Shown: positions 42,252 to 53,924, counted from the first letter of the whole stretch. The stretch: DNA of 63,859 nt, filler included, from Stramenopiles sp. TOSAG23-3 (GCA_900128585.1; 14 parts of 14 records of this genome joined end to end with filler, not necessarily neighbours in it), one strand, 5' to 3'. The notes: generated from the letters alone by a model not told the origin. A program made the numbers and translations.

Positions 42252-42720
42252 CTAATGTTGCCATAGCCACTTTCTCTCAGAATCAGTGAGCTCCGGTAAA
42301 TCCAACTCATCCCCAGGGTCCATTCTGCCTCGCTGCATCATCATATTTTGTATATTTCCCGCCGTCTTGCCCGGAAACTTTCTTGCCAGGGACTCTGGCA
42401 TTGGATCTGCACTCTTCTTTTTCGCACTGTCTTGTTTATGCGTAGAGCCTTGCGAGTTCCGCCCTCTCCGAGCGCCTTGGCCTCCGCCACCGACAGCGTT
42501 GAACCGAGCCTTTTGGCGCCGCGCGTTGGCGGCGCGCGCGCCTCTGCTCTGCTTGCTGCCGCCGGCTCGCCCCCGACGGAGCATCGGCGTCGTGTCGAGC
42601 TGCTCCTGCTGGAGCCGGCCGGCTTTTTCCGAGCAGGGGAGCCGCGGCGGGCTGTTGGGTGCTACAGCGCTGAAGTCCTCTGCGCCCCGGGAGCATGCGG
42701 GCTCCCTGAATCGAGAGGGT
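42252..42720 (-). CDS. Hypothetical protein or terminal exon, Arg/Gly-rich
   Basis: GC-rich block. The frame of ORF 42252-42584 stays open upstream to about 42730, where a TGCAG possible acceptor lies. The start is unresolved. Confidence 0.45.
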
Positions 42721-43352
42721 CTGCATGATTTTTATCCTGTTATTATCTGTGTGTGACGACGAGTGACGAGACTTATTTAAGTAATTAAAATTAATGTACT
42801 GCGAACTGAAAACTGAAAACTGAAATCTAGAGTGGAGTCCATGAACGATCCTAGACAAAACAAAGCGGTTGGACCAATTGGAACGACAGGTGGGGCGAGT
42901 TGTGGGGAGGCGATGGTTAAAACGGACCTTTTTAATTGACTCGATTAATTTTTTGGATAATAATAATATATTATGACTCAATCTTTTCTCTTAAATTAAT
43001 TTATATACTGTGTACATGTAAGTTGTGGTATTCTTATGTTATATTAATAATAAAAAAAATAATAAAAAATCTACTAAGAAGATAGAAGAGACTAGAAAAA
43101 AAGAAGAAGATAAAATAATAATAATAATGATCAAGATTAAAAGAGAGAAGTTTATCAATTTGTATATGAAGAACTTGAAGTTTAAAAAAAAAACACTACA
43201 GACGCAGTGTTGACCGAAGAAGTTTTAACAAAGTCCCTGGTTAATTCTTCATTTTAAATTATTATTATCAACACTTTTTACTGTGTGAAGCCCAACAAGG
43301 CTTGTCCGGATTGTGGTTAACTAACGGGGCCTCCGTGTTTTTGGGTTGCAAA

Positions 43353-45539
43353 ATGGCTTATTGGGGCAAAACGACGGACGATAGGTTTCGAACTTCTCCA
43401 AACACACGCGAAAGGAACAGACAAAAGCGACTGCAGGTTCAAAGATCCAGAATAAAAGAGTTGAAGTCGCTACGTAAGTCTAGCTTTTCCCCCCTGCAAA
43501 ACAGAGACGTGGAGGGCACCTCAATAGACGAAGAGATACGTCGGACGCAGACTGTCATTGCCGAGAAGCGGGCCAGGATCTTGAAACTGCAGAAAGAGAA
43601 GGAAGATTTGGCCACCCTTCAGCAGGATGTAGACAAACGGAACAGGGACTTGCAGGCCCAAATTTTGCGGACAAGATCGATGAAGGCCAGCAAAGAAAGC
43701 GTCGCGCTAGAGAACGAGCAGCTTGGAGAGGAAAGAAAGGCAACTATTGCGGCGTTCGGGAAGAAATCTAAGGAAATGGCCGATCAGAGTGAGCAGTATC
43801 GAAAAGAAGCGGCCATGGAAAAGGAGCATGCGTCTGCTCTTGAGCAGACTGCCAATCAGTTGAAAAAGGCTTTCTCTGGGGTTGAAAAGGGGATTAAGAG
43901 GTCAAAAGAAGCCTTGGAGAACAAGAAATCGACCAGACACGATCTCCAAACTCAGCAAAGCAAATTAGTGAAGGAAACGCAGACCCTGACCCTTCAATTG
44001 ACGGACGAGGAAAGGGCGCTGACGTTGCACAGAGCAACAATTTCCCGCCAAGAAGAAGAGATAGAGGCGCAGCGTGATAAAAATACGGGTATAAGGCTGA
44101 CTACGGGGAAGGTGTCAAAGAAGTCTCGCGAGTCCAGCAGAGGATCACTGGGCGATCAGAATGGCAGTTTCGATCGAATCGCGTTTGCAGAGAAGGAGAA
44201 AAAGGTCAACGCGGTCATAAGAAGGAACGATCCGTATGGTGGTGGATTTAGAGAGCAAGCGGTGAAGGACAGGTATTCAGATATGTTAGCCCCAACGCAG
44301 CGCATGGAAGAGGCATCTCTGGCTCAGAGTGCAAAGGTCTCTCCAATCGCAACAAAGCGGAACAACCCAGCAGAAAGAAGTGAAGGATCAAGACGGCACA
44401 AGAAGGTATCACGCCCGGGACAACTAGATTTACCGAAAGAAATATTGACTACTACACCAGACGTCAATAAGAGCCGCGGGTTTGACACGAACAATGCGCA
44501 CTTTACGCCCCCGACTACACCCAAAGAATTCAGAGAGCACATATCTGCTCAGGGGCGAGAGTTGCTCCGACGATGCCACTCGTGGGGGTACGACGGAGAT
44601 ATACACTGGAAAAAAGGCAAACAAATCGGGCGTGGCGGGAACGCCAAAGTGTATTTGGGAATGAATTTAGAGTCAAAAAGTTACATTGCCGTAAAAGAGC
44701 TCGATATGTGGCACTTTGGACTTCCGGGAACAGAGTCGGTACCAAAAACGGATCCCTTCGACAGTGGTGAGGCCACGATGAGCGGGGTGGGTAAAATGGT
44801 GGAGGCGACAAAAAACCGGACACTAGCGCAGACTTCAAGAACCAACTCTAAAGTCAAAGTACTAAAAGCCGAAATTACTGTGATGAAAAAACTGGCGCAT
44901 GAAAACATAGTCCGTTACTTGGGGACAGATTTGCGGGAAGAAGAAAATGGGCGTTTACAAATGTACATACTGATGGAGTACGTATCAGGGGGCTCGTTGA
45001 GACAAATTTACCAAAATTCCGGCCCGTTCGGCATGAACATTATCCAGGAGTACTCGCGCCAAATTTTGATCGGTCTGTCGTACTTGCATGAAAAAAAAAT
45101 CATTCATAGGGACATAAAAGCTGCAAACATCCTAATCAACGACCAGGGGATAGTCAAGCTTGCCGATTTTGGGTGCGCACAGGTATTTCAGGGTGAAGAT
45201 TCTCTAAAAGGCAACAGTAACAGCGTTATGCTGGGCAGCATTCCATGGATGGCCCCCGAGGCCATTAAGCACATAAGTGACCACATTGGAAGGAAGAGCG
45301 ATATTTGGAGTTTTGGCTGCACTGTGATTGAAATGGCCACTGGTGCCCCCCCATGGCCGGATGTTGACAACCCGTATGCAATTATGTACAAAGTTGCACA
45401 GTATGAGGAATCTCCGCCGGTGCCAGATACGTTCGACAAAACAGGAAGAGCGTTTTTGAGGCATTGCTTTCAGCGTAATACGAAAGCTCGCTGGTCGTCG
45501 GAGCATTTGCTCGAACATGAATTTGTACAAACGCAATAA
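43353..45539 (+). CDS. MAP kinase kinase kinase (STE11/MEKK/NPK1-like) with N-terminal coiled coil
   Basis: WKKGKQIGRGGNAKVYLG, AVKEL, HENIVRYLG, MEYVSGGSL, HRDIKAANIL, KLADFG, GSIPWMAPE, DIWSFGCTVIEMATGAPPW. First ATG is at 43353. Confidence 0.93.
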   Translation: MAYWGKTTDDRFRTSPNTRERNRQKRLQVQRSRIKELKSLRKSSFSPLQNRDVEGTSIDEEIRRTQTVIAEKRARILKLQKEKEDLATLQQDVDKRNRDLQAQILRTRSMKASKESVALENEQLGEERKATIAAFGKKSKEMADQSEQYRKEAAMEKEHASALEQTANQLKKAFSGVEKGIKRSKEALENKKSTRHDLQTQQSKLVKETQTLTLQLTDEERALTLHRATISRQEEEIEAQRDKNTGIRLTTGKVSKKSRESSRGSLGDQNGSFDRIAFAEKEKKVNAVIRRNDPYGGGFREQAVKDRYSDMLAPTQRMEEASLAQSAKVSPIATKRNNPAERSEGSRRHKKVSRPGQLDLPKEILTTTPDVNKSRGFDTNNAHFTPPTTPKEFREHISAQGRELLRRCHSWGYDGDIHWKKGKQIGRGGNAKVYLGMNLESKSYIAVKELDMWHFGLPGTESVPKTDPFDSGEATMSGVGKMVEATKNRTLAQTSRTNSKVKVLKAEITVMKKLAHENIVRYLGTDLREEENGRLQMYILMEYVSGGSLRQIYQNSGPFGMNIIQEYSRQILIGLSYLHEKKIIHRDIKAANILINDQGIVKLADFGCAQVFQGEDSLKGNSNSVMLGSIPWMAPEAIKHISDHIGRKSDIWSFGCTVIEMATGAPPWPDVDNPYAIMYKVAQYEESPPVPDTFDKTGRAFLRHCFQRNTKARWSSEHLLEHEFVQTQ

Positions 45540-46137
45540 ATAATTCTGCCTCTTACACAGACTAACGTTTAGCTTTAGACGATATGTTAAATCCATAAAT
45601 ACAATTCCGTAATTTAAATAACCGCTATCATACTAGTATTTTGTTTTNNNNNNNNNNNNNNNNNNNNNNNNNNNNNNNNNNNNNNNNNNNNTTAATTAAT
45701 TAANNNNNNNNNNNNNNNNNNNNNNNNNNNNNNNNNNNNNNNNNNNNAATATGATGGATAAAAAAAAATATTATTATTATTATAAAATAATAATAATAAA
45801 AATGAATGATGATGTTTTTCTTTCTGTCTTTCTTTCTTTCGTTCGTTCTTTCTTTCGTTCTTTCTTTCTTTCTTTCTAGCAGGAAAGAAGAAAAAATGAA
45901 ATGAAGAGAGTTTATCGAGGAAGCGTTTGTTTGTATGTTTTGATTGTATGGTGGATAAGCATTTTAAAACTTCAACATCGCTGTTCGTGTTTCCGTTTGT
46001 AAAGAAATTCGAGTTGTATTAAATCGAATATGAAGCCCGCTGCTGCCACATGAAGTGTTATGCTATACGTAGTGGAATATTGATATACTAAACGTAGAAA
46101 AAATAGAGGAACCCCCGTAGATCGTCCCGGTTTCACG

Positions 46138-49002
46138 ATGGATACTAACCCAGAGTACATTGAAACTCACCCGTCCACCGACGAAAACCCAGAGGCTGCC
46201 CCATTTGTTCGCAGCCCGGACCCGTTGTACTTGCTTTCACAAAGACGTGCCAAATCGTCCGGCCACTTTCGCCGCCGTCCGACGGAGCTCCCAGCCGCAA
46301 AGAAACTGCTCCCATTGAGCATAGATTTTGTTCAGCGACGGCGCGCGGTTCTGAACAGCAATGGTGAACTTGTGCTGCAGCAAGAAATGTTTCGGGCCAT
46401 GGAGGAAGTCACCCCTCCCCCGAAACCGGTTACTATCGTCGGCACGACCAGTTGGTGCAAGAGCGTTACTATGAAGCAGCAACTTAAGCTCCTGATTCCC
46501 AAGTCCTGCAACGCAGACGATAGCATGCCTTTGATGCCCAGCATGAGCTACAAACACCTAGGAAGCGGGCAACACATTATTCGCGACCGGGACAAAATAT
46601 GGCGCCTCGACTCGTTTCGAAAGTTTTTTGCTGGGCGTGGCTCCGTGGGTCGAAATACGACGCTGTGGCGGATGAAGCATACGGATTTTTACGGCACCGA
46701 CGTGGTAAAATGGATAGATGGGTTCCCCCTGCGCCAATCGTTGCTTCACATGGAGTCTCGCATGATCTCGAACGATTACAGTCTGTGTGCCGTTCACGGG
46801 ATGGGTATCACGGGGCGTGTATACAACGAAGGGGAAGCACGCGTTCCAAAATTTTTGCAGATCACTGTACATACACCAGGAGATTGTGGGAAGTATCAAA
46901 TACGGGTCATGGTGTCGGAACTACCAGACCTGCTTGCGGACGAGCCAAGCCTCTTGTTACCGGGAAGGAAGAAAGAGATGTGCAAAGCCCTCATAAAGCT
47001 TTGTTATTTCGAGTACAGTAAGTCGGATCCCGTGGTTGCGGAGGTCGAAACTCCACTCTTCGGCGGGTGGGGACGAGACAAGTACGTCCCCCCGCAAGTT
47101 GAAGGGGAGCAGGAAGACGAAAACGGGGAAGGCGAGGAAGGCGATATCAACGCGGACGAGGAACTCGACAGTAAGCCGAAGGAAGTTGTGACTGATTTGA
47201 ACGGGAACATTATCATTCGTGGGAAAGACAACAAAGATCACTTGATGCGACCAGACCTGATGAAAGTTCTATTGATAAGCAGGGGAAACAAATTGAATCG
47301 GCGCGAGAGGCGAGAGAATTGGTTGGAGAAGCGAACCAGCTTGCGGGAGGAAGGGAAACTGCCCGCGACCCCGAGACCACCGCCTGTCCCTCTGCGGAAG
47401 GTTGACCAAAAGTTTTCTTGTGGTATCCGTCTCCAGGGAATTTCATTTTATGTTACTGTGTACTGCTTTCCTGATCGGCCGGGAAACTACCAATTTTACT
47501 TATTGAACCCAGAGACTGGCACCAAGTTATCGTTGAAGATGGGAAAGTTTGATGTTGCCAAGTTGGTGGGGGAGAAAAGACCCCACCGTTTTTGGACTAA
47601 GTCGCTGGAAAAGAGCATCCTGAGTGACGTCGTCAAGAGGTTTGAAGCCTACACTTGGCAGCCCTTGGAAGCGGGACAACCGCTGCAAATGGGCTTTAAG
47701 CTTGGACACCGTAAGAGCATACAAGGGATGGCTTACCGCCGCACAAAGGAGGCCAAAGCTCGGTCTGCAAGACGCAGTTACACCGTAAATACTTCGTCCA
47801 GAAAGGCTGTCATCGCTCGTAAATCCGAGAAGTTCAAGCGCCGTATCCGACTTGCCAGAGAATGCGTGCACGGCACTCGCTTGTATATAGGTGTGGTGCT
47901 TTGGGGAGGAATTCGCTTTATTTTTGAGGTTTATATCCAGGCGTATTACAAGCATGAAAATTACACTGTGATGTTGTACAAAACGGGTCAGCCGACTGCG
48001 CGATTTGAAATTTTGTGGCGAGATTTTGAGTCTTTCTTGAAGGATACCCACACACTAGAGCTTTTGGCAAAGGCCAGAAAGAAGATGCTAAAAAAGAAAT
48101 GGCAACGACTAGGTTATGGTGGAAACGAAAAGGAAATTTGGGGTGAGGCAATGCGCCTCTTGTTTGGCGACCGACTAAAGCTACTGGAGCCAGGGGTAGA
48201 ACCGAATCCTCGTGCTCGCTGTGTAGATCACATGCCCATAGAACGGCCCAAACGCACGAAGAAATCGAATGCGGAGGAGTTGCCAGGCGATTCCGACGAT
48301 GGCTTTGATTCGGAGGCAGAGGATGTTGATGAATTTGGGTTGGTGATCAGAGAGCAAAGCTTCAAAGATCAGGATAGTCTTGCAAATGTTTCATTCTGCG
48401 ACAGAAACATCCAATATAATCGAGCCATATATTCTCGGTGGGTCCGTGTGAACGATATGCGACTTCGCCGGATGCAAATTGTCGACGAATCTGAAGAAAG
48501 CGACGGGGAGGAGGAAGACATCGGTGGAAAAGAAGAAGGGAAAGACACCGAGGACAGCGCTAAAGAAACAAAAGATGCCAATTCCGAGGACGAAGATTCG
48601 GAAGGTGAAGACGACGACGGGGAAGAGTTTGATCTGAAATCTGAAGCAAGCGCTTCTGCTCGCGCAAGCTCTGACGACAGTAGCGATTTTGGAAGTGATG
48701 ACATGGACGAAGACGCTGCCAGCGTCTACCTCCATGTGACAATTCACCAACGGGCTTGGAGACTGTACGTGGTCGCCTACGATCCACTTTTACGAAAGTA
48801 CTATTATCCCAAAATGCCCGAAACTCTTTCACGGTCGATGTCCGCAGAGATAAGGAGGTTGGATAAGCCAAAAAGGATGGCAGTCCTAGGGATAACCATT
48901 GCAAGCATGATCATGACCGATGCTCCCGAGGGCTTCGAGGGTGTCCTAGGCTTTGGTGATGGGGATGGTGCAGAATCTTCGTCGAGCGAAGATTCTTCTT
49001 AA
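46138..49002 (+). CDS. Hypothetical protein, 954 aa, with degenerate repeated beta-rich modules and acidic tracts
   Basis: Long ATG ORF; D/E-rich inserts separate globular segments. Confidence 0.85.
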   Translation: MDTNPEYIETHPSTDENPEAAPFVRSPDPLYLLSQRRAKSSGHFRRRPTELPAAKKLLPLSIDFVQRRRAVLNSNGELVLQQEMFRAMEEVTPPPKPVTIVGTTSWCKSVTMKQQLKLLIPKSCNADDSMPLMPSMSYKHLGSGQHIIRDRDKIWRLDSFRKFFAGRGSVGRNTTLWRMKHTDFYGTDVVKWIDGFPLRQSLLHMESRMISNDYSLCAVHGMGITGRVYNEGEARVPKFLQITVHTPGDCGKYQIRVMVSELPDLLADEPSLLLPGRKKEMCKALIKLCYFEYSKSDPVVAEVETPLFGGWGRDKYVPPQVEGEQEDENGEGEEGDINADEELDSKPKEVVTDLNGNIIIRGKDNKDHLMRPDLMKVLLISRGNKLNRRERRENWLEKRTSLREEGKLPATPRPPPVPLRKVDQKFSCGIRLQGISFYVTVYCFPDRPGNYQFYLLNPETGTKLSLKMGKFDVAKLVGEKRPHRFWTKSLEKSILSDVVKRFEAYTWQPLEAGQPLQMGFKLGHRKSIQGMAYRRTKEAKARSARRSYTVNTSSRKAVIARKSEKFKRRIRLARECVHGTRLYIGVVLWGGIRFIFEVYIQAYYKHENYTVMLYKTGQPTARFEILWRDFESFLKDTHTLELLAKARKKMLKKKWQRLGYGGNEKEIWGEAMRLLFGDRLKLLEPGVEPNPRARCVDHMPIERPKRTKKSNAEELPGDSDDGFDSEAEDVDEFGLVIREQSFKDQDSLANVSFCDRNIQYNRAIYSRWVRVNDMRLRRMQIVDESEESDGEEEDIGGKEEGKDTEDSAKETKDANSEDEDSEGEDDDGEEFDLKSEASASARASSDDSSDFGSDDMDEDAASVYLHVTIHQRAWRLYVVAYDPLLRKYYYPKMPETLSRSMSAEIRRLDKPKRMAVLGITIASMIMTDAPEGFEGVLGFGDGDGAESSSSEDSS

Positions 49003-49243
49003 ATAATTGAGTTTCTTGGCTTAAATATTTGAGAGATGAGGCGTAACAAAGGGGAAACATTTTTAACACATTTAAAAGCAATCAAACTAAAAACTTCTTA
49101 GTCGAAAAATTGTAAAAGAATAATAAATAATTCTCTCTCTAAGAAATATGAAAATTTTAGGGGTTCAATTTAGTGTACTCCATATCTCGTGTTTGAGTTA
49201 AATTTAGAACTTGCTAAAGAGTAATGTTGTTCTAAAATTTGTT

Positions 49244-49924
49244 TCATTTGTTCCTCCAAGGCAATAAATTTTCGTAAACAACTTCTCTGTCTCTCACCAG
49301 ATTCGTCAGTCGCTTATGAAAACTTACACCAATCGGCTGCATCGCCGGGGTCGGATTAACAATGTAATCTACACAGAGGGTAATGTCGCTTTTCCTGATT
49401 GTAGGCGTAATCGGCCGATGTCCGGGACCATCGGCCCTCTTCATCGAAGAGCACCTATCCTGTAATTCAGGGATCGTTGTAATTATAGTCTTTCGCCGAG
49501 CATGCTTCAGGACCTTCAAGTAAGGCTTTTGGGATCTTTGCAACGCATTCTTGGTGAGCCGAAACGAGTCCGATGACGATCTGCTGCTATTTGGAGTGCG
49601 GGGGGAAGAACTGCTACGGGCACTTCGAGCAGTCAAGGGAAGGCTTCTGCAGCTATCGCGAGAAGAACTAAGCGATATCTCAGAGCATGGAGTTTCATAC
49701 TCGTTTATGTTAATCTTTTGATATGCTAACGGGTGGGTGGTTTTCCATAAATTTACGGCTTTATTGTACTCGTTACCGTGCAACTCTGCTCTTAGAGCAG
49801 TGGTGTTATTCTTCGCTTCATAAGTAGCAATCTTTTCATCATTTATTGCATTTTCAACACGTTCTAGTCTGGCCAGCAGTTCGCGCCTACGTTTGATCCT
49901 TGCGTGCATTTTTGTGTCGCACAT
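49244..49924 (-). CDS. Hypothetical protein, 226 aa
   Basis: ATG ORF with an N-terminal coiled coil and Ser/Arg-rich middle. Confidence 0.7.
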   Translation of the reverse strand: MCDTKMHARIKRRRELLARLERVENAINDEKIATYEAKNNTTALRAELHGNEYNKAVNLWKTTHPLAYQKININEYETPCSEISLSSSRDSCRSLPLTARSARSSSSPRTPNSSRSSSDSFRLTKNALQRSQKPYLKVLKHARRKTIITTIPELQDRCSSMKRADGPGHRPITPTIRKSDITLCVDYIVNPTPAMQPIGVSFHKRLTNLVRDREVVYENLLPWRNK

Positions 49925-50378
49925 AAAGATCTATGAAACCTGAAACTAAAAATACCTTACACCCAACCCGTTTCCCAAATTTAAACTTGCCGTTACGGTT
50001 TTGCGGTGCCTGCAATGACCCAACTCTGCAAACGCGTAAAGTTTATCTCTTTGTTCGTGTTATGACCTCGGTCTCAACTACAATCCATTATATTCTTCAT
50101 TATCGCCCCGTGAATGCGCTCCTACTACCGCTTCGCTTCTTCTTCTCCAACTCTATCTGTAGCGAAAATAAAGCATTATTAATTCGTCGTCGTATTATTA
50201 TTNNNNNNNNNNNNNNNNNNNNNNNNNNNNNNNNNNNNNNNNNNNNTTAATTAATTAANNNNNNNNNNNNNNNNNNNNNNNNNNNNNNNNNNNNNNNNNN
50301 NNTTTATAAACACAACACACACAATTTAAACACTGTACGCTCCAAAAGTTTTAAAGTTTTAACATGATTTCTGTTCGG

Positions 50379-51776
50379 TCACCCTTCCACCCTTCGATCC
50401 AGCCGGCGCAACGGCTTCGATACAAGCACCCCTACCAATGCCAATACCATGAAGACAAACAGGCAAATCAACTTGGGAACAAATGTTGTGCTGGAGGGGG
50501 TAATAAAGAAGCCAACGGTCATCGCGATCGACTGCATCAGCTTGTTGTTCGAAAACGCACCTCCCCGGTCAGACTCGTTTGTGTACAATTCGCCGCACAC
50601 TGTTGTCAAAATGCTCAACCAAATGGCGTCGCCAACGCCCCACAGAAATGCGACGCACAGCAGTGGGTACCACATTTGATTTTCCGTCTGGCCAAAAACG
50701 AAAAAGTACACACAACACAATATATGCGTGATTGCCCCGGCCACAAAGAAAGGGATTTTCCCGTACTTGTCAGAGAGCCTTCCCACCAGGCTCGCCGCAA
50801 TAGAGTCCCCAATCCCGAACGTCATTAGTACGTAGCCAACGTTTTTGTGGCCGAATCGGCGAGACACCAAGGTCGAAACATCACCGAACATGACGGCCTG
50901 CTCCAAACCGCAAGCGAAGAAGGCGGGCAGCAAAGCAATGATTTTTGGGTCTTTTAAGATTCGAAGGGTGGTCCACAAATCGTCTTTCACCGTGTCTCTT
51001 CGCTCTGGTTCGTTCACGGAGTTCTCCAACTCAATTGAATAGTTTGGGTCGTTGAGTAACGGCTTGCACGGTGCATTTGGCCCGTGCCCTGATGATAATT
51101 TTGGAACAAATGCCACCAGGACTATACCAAATGCGATCATGATGGCGTAGAAAAAAAACAACGAGCTTTCTTCGGAAAATACCGTTTCGAACAGGCTAGA
51201 CTCCAAATTTCCAAACACTTGCGTGAGCTGAAAGATCCCGAAAAAGTAGCCTTGGAACAACCCAGCAGAGGAGGCAGGTTCTCTGGCGTCCTCGTCCTCG
51301 GCCTCCGCCCCCCCCTTCGTAGCTTCCGTGGCGTTGTCGTATTGGTTGGCAAAATCTGTCATGTAAAGGCCTTGGCACACCCAGAACGGCCCCGCTCCTA
51401 TGCCGGATAGAGCGGCGGCTATGTACAGCGTGTACCATCGTGGGTAAATGAAGGAAAGGGTGTACAATGTCAGAAACAGCAACTGCAACATCAAAACGTT
51501 CTTCGCGCCGACCTTTTGCACTATGAAAGGAGCCAGAAGGCAAAAAAATGTAAAAAACAAGTATAGAATGGCTACTGCTGTGCTCCCTTGCACACTTTTC
51601 ATTTTTAACGAGGAAACTATATTTTGAGACCCATTGTACGCGCAGAACGAAAGAAACGCTCCTATCGTCAAAAAAAAGAAAGAGCGCCATATAGCAGACA
51701 CCGAGGTGGTGGTAGTACCGCCGCCCACCTTCTCCCGACTATCTTTCTCTAGCAACAAATGTTTTTCTTGTGACAT
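50379..51776 (-). CDS. UNC-93-like major facilitator superfamily transporter
   Basis: About 12 TM helices; FLSFCAYNGSQN, GIGAGPFWVCQGLYMT, FFGIFQLTQVFGNL, GLEQAVMFGD, WGVGDAIW. Confidence 0.9.
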   Translation of the reverse strand: MSQEKHLLLEKDSREKVGGGTTTTSVSAIWRSFFFLTIGAFLSFCAYNGSQNIVSSLKMKSVQGSTAVAILYLFFTFFCLLAPFIVQKVGAKNVLMLQLLFLTLYTLSFIYPRWYTLYIAAALSGIGAGPFWVCQGLYMTDFANQYDNATEATKGGAEAEDEDAREPASSAGLFQGYFFGIFQLTQVFGNLESSLFETVFSEESSLFFFYAIMIAFGIVLVAFVPKLSSGHGPNAPCKPLLNDPNYSIELENSVNEPERRDTVKDDLWTTLRILKDPKIIALLPAFFACGLEQAVMFGDVSTLVSRRFGHKNVGYVLMTFGIGDSIAASLVGRLSDKYGKIPFFVAGAITHILCCVYFFVFGQTENQMWYPLLCVAFLWGVGDAIWLSILTTVCGELYTNESDRGGAFSNNKLMQSIAMTVGFFITPSSTTFVPKLICLFVFMVLALVGVLVSKPLRRLDRRVEG

Positions 51777-52817
51777 GGTTTCAGAGTCTCCAAACGACGG
51801 AACCCAAACTGTGTTGCCAACGTATTAGTGTGGTTTTTTAATCTGCTGCAAATGGTCGACCGTTGCTGCAGTGTTCGTCTTTTCTTTTTTTCATCTATAT
51901 TCTCCGTAAGTGTCCAATAAAAATTAAATGGTTAATGACAAAAAAGGAAAAAGCAAGGAAGAAGAAGAACAACAACAGGAAAGAATAAGAGCGCGACGAG
52001 TGAAAGTTCAACATCATAATTTAAATAATCATGTACTACTTGTGGTAAGTAATAAATAATTATTATATTTATTTATATATTTTTAAAAAAAATAAAAGAG
52101 AACTTTATTTATTTGGTTAAAATTATAAGTTTTTTCTTCATTTTCCTTCTTATTCAATGTTATTTTTTGTAACACTAACTCCCTGCTAGGAATTAAATTT
52201 TTAAAAAAATTCTCTCTTCTCTCCGCCGTCCCCCCTCCCTCCCACATCCCACACCCCCACCCTGTCCCCTGTCTGCTAATTAACTCTGAGATCAACAATA
52301 TATTGGCTCTTGGACTACCGTACCGGTACGACGGGGAGGAATCTATTATTTGACATTTGATGGTGATGTGTTATAATGACATTTATATAGAGACTTAATA
52401 ATTATATAGTACAGGTACCGGTACTGTTTTAGTGGTGTGTATTATTACTACTGTTTTTTTCATATATTTGTTACATACGAGTCGTAGCTGTGAGTGCTTA
52501 TCGTTTTAAATAATTGTTTATTAGAGAATATGGTGGGTACGGTTCGTAATAATACAACACAGCATCAAGCTGGTACTTTATTTTTTTTATATATAACGAT
52601 GCGGTGATTGAGGAGGTATGAGGTAGGTGGTGGCAAATAAAAAATACATGATAATGAACGGACGGCTTCAGAGACAGAGAAAGGGTTGTGAAATATCCTA
52701 ATTTCTGTTTTATCTGTTTCTTTCTTTCACTTCTTCAAGAGGAAAACCTTCTATCTGAAGAACGCATTTTCTAAGAACCGTGTTTATCATTTGCGATCTT
52801 GTAGAGCTTTGCGCAAG

Positions 52818-53675
52818 ATGGCCGTTGTTCGCTTTGTTGTGCTGCTGGCACAGATAGGGGCTCTATTTCTGGCGGTCGACCACGGTGCCGCGGACTCAGT
52901 TTCTGAGTCCCAACGAGAACCTTTTTCTGCTCCGCTAGACCCAAACCAGGGGCGTTTAAAGAGGCCGCCGAACATGGATTTTTACGGATCTCACCCCGCA
53001 ACTTTGCCGGGGAAGTCTCACCCCCATGGAGCAGATGACAAGGAGCGCGAACTTACGAAGGACGAGATTATGTCCCAATTGCGGAGCCAGGGGGTAAAGG
53101 AGGGGAACATTGAGAAGATGGCGGAGGACATAATGGTCGAGAACAAGAAGAAAAACATCGAATCGCACGATCACGACCCGAACACGGTTCACGAAGACGC
53201 GTCGAATCAACGGTTGAACGACGTGTCGATGGACGACGACAACCATCCCTTGGCCTCTGCAAACTTAGACCTGTTGCCCCAGCCGGTTCTAAGAAAAAAC
53301 TTTAACAAAGCCGACACGGACCACGACGGGAAATTGTATATTGAAGAGCTCATTGCCCACTTTAAACATGAAATTGACCGCGTGGACATTGAAAAATTCA
53401 AGATAAGGTTGAAAAAAGTCGGCGGAAACCCAGAGGCTTACGACGGGGAGCGGGGCGTCATGATGGTGAAGCAAGTGAAGAAACACCTGCGGAAACAGAT
53501 TGAAGGAGCCAACGAGGGCTTTGCAGCAGCGGACGTGGACAAAGACGGGTACATTCGGTTCAAGGAGTACGTCAAATTCATGCAGTACGAAAGTGAAAAG
53601 GCAATCGAAAAGGCCAAATCGCAAGGCCAAGGCGACATGGAGGAAGAGTTTTCCAACTGGAGGGAAGAACTCTAG
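52818..53675 (+). CDS. Secretory-pathway EF-hand calcium-binding protein with C-terminal REEL
   Basis: Signal peptide MAVVRFVVLLAQIGALFLAVDHGAA; EF loops DTDHDGKLYIEE and DVDKDGYIRFKE; ends in REEL. Confidence 0.85.
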   Translation: MAVVRFVVLLAQIGALFLAVDHGAADSVSESQREPFSAPLDPNQGRLKRPPNMDFYGSHPATLPGKSHPHGADDKERELTKDEIMSQLRSQGVKEGNIEKMAEDIMVENKKKNIESHDHDPNTVHEDASNQRLNDVSMDDDNHPLASANLDLLPQPVLRKNFNKADTDHDGKLYIEELIAHFKHEIDRVDIEKFKIRLKKVGGNPEAYDGERGVMMVKQVKKHLRKQIEGANEGFAAADVDKDGYIRFKEYVKFMQYESEKAIEKAKSQGQGDMEEEFSNWREEL

Positions 53676-53924
53676 GTTCTTGGCGCTTCCATGGCTTTAC
53701 TCTTAAATTTTATATTTTACTATTGTTTTATATATAAAGAAATTACTTGGTCTGCTGCTGCTGGTGTGCCATCTCAATTGTCTTTACTATGTGGCCTCTC
53801 ACCTCTCACTGTCCTACGGTGAACGCGTGCGTCGACTGAGGCTTCTTCGAGAATAATGTACAATGGAGTATCTATAGTAATTTCGTAATTTTGATAGGAG
53901 TTATATCCGTAATGTTAAATAGTA

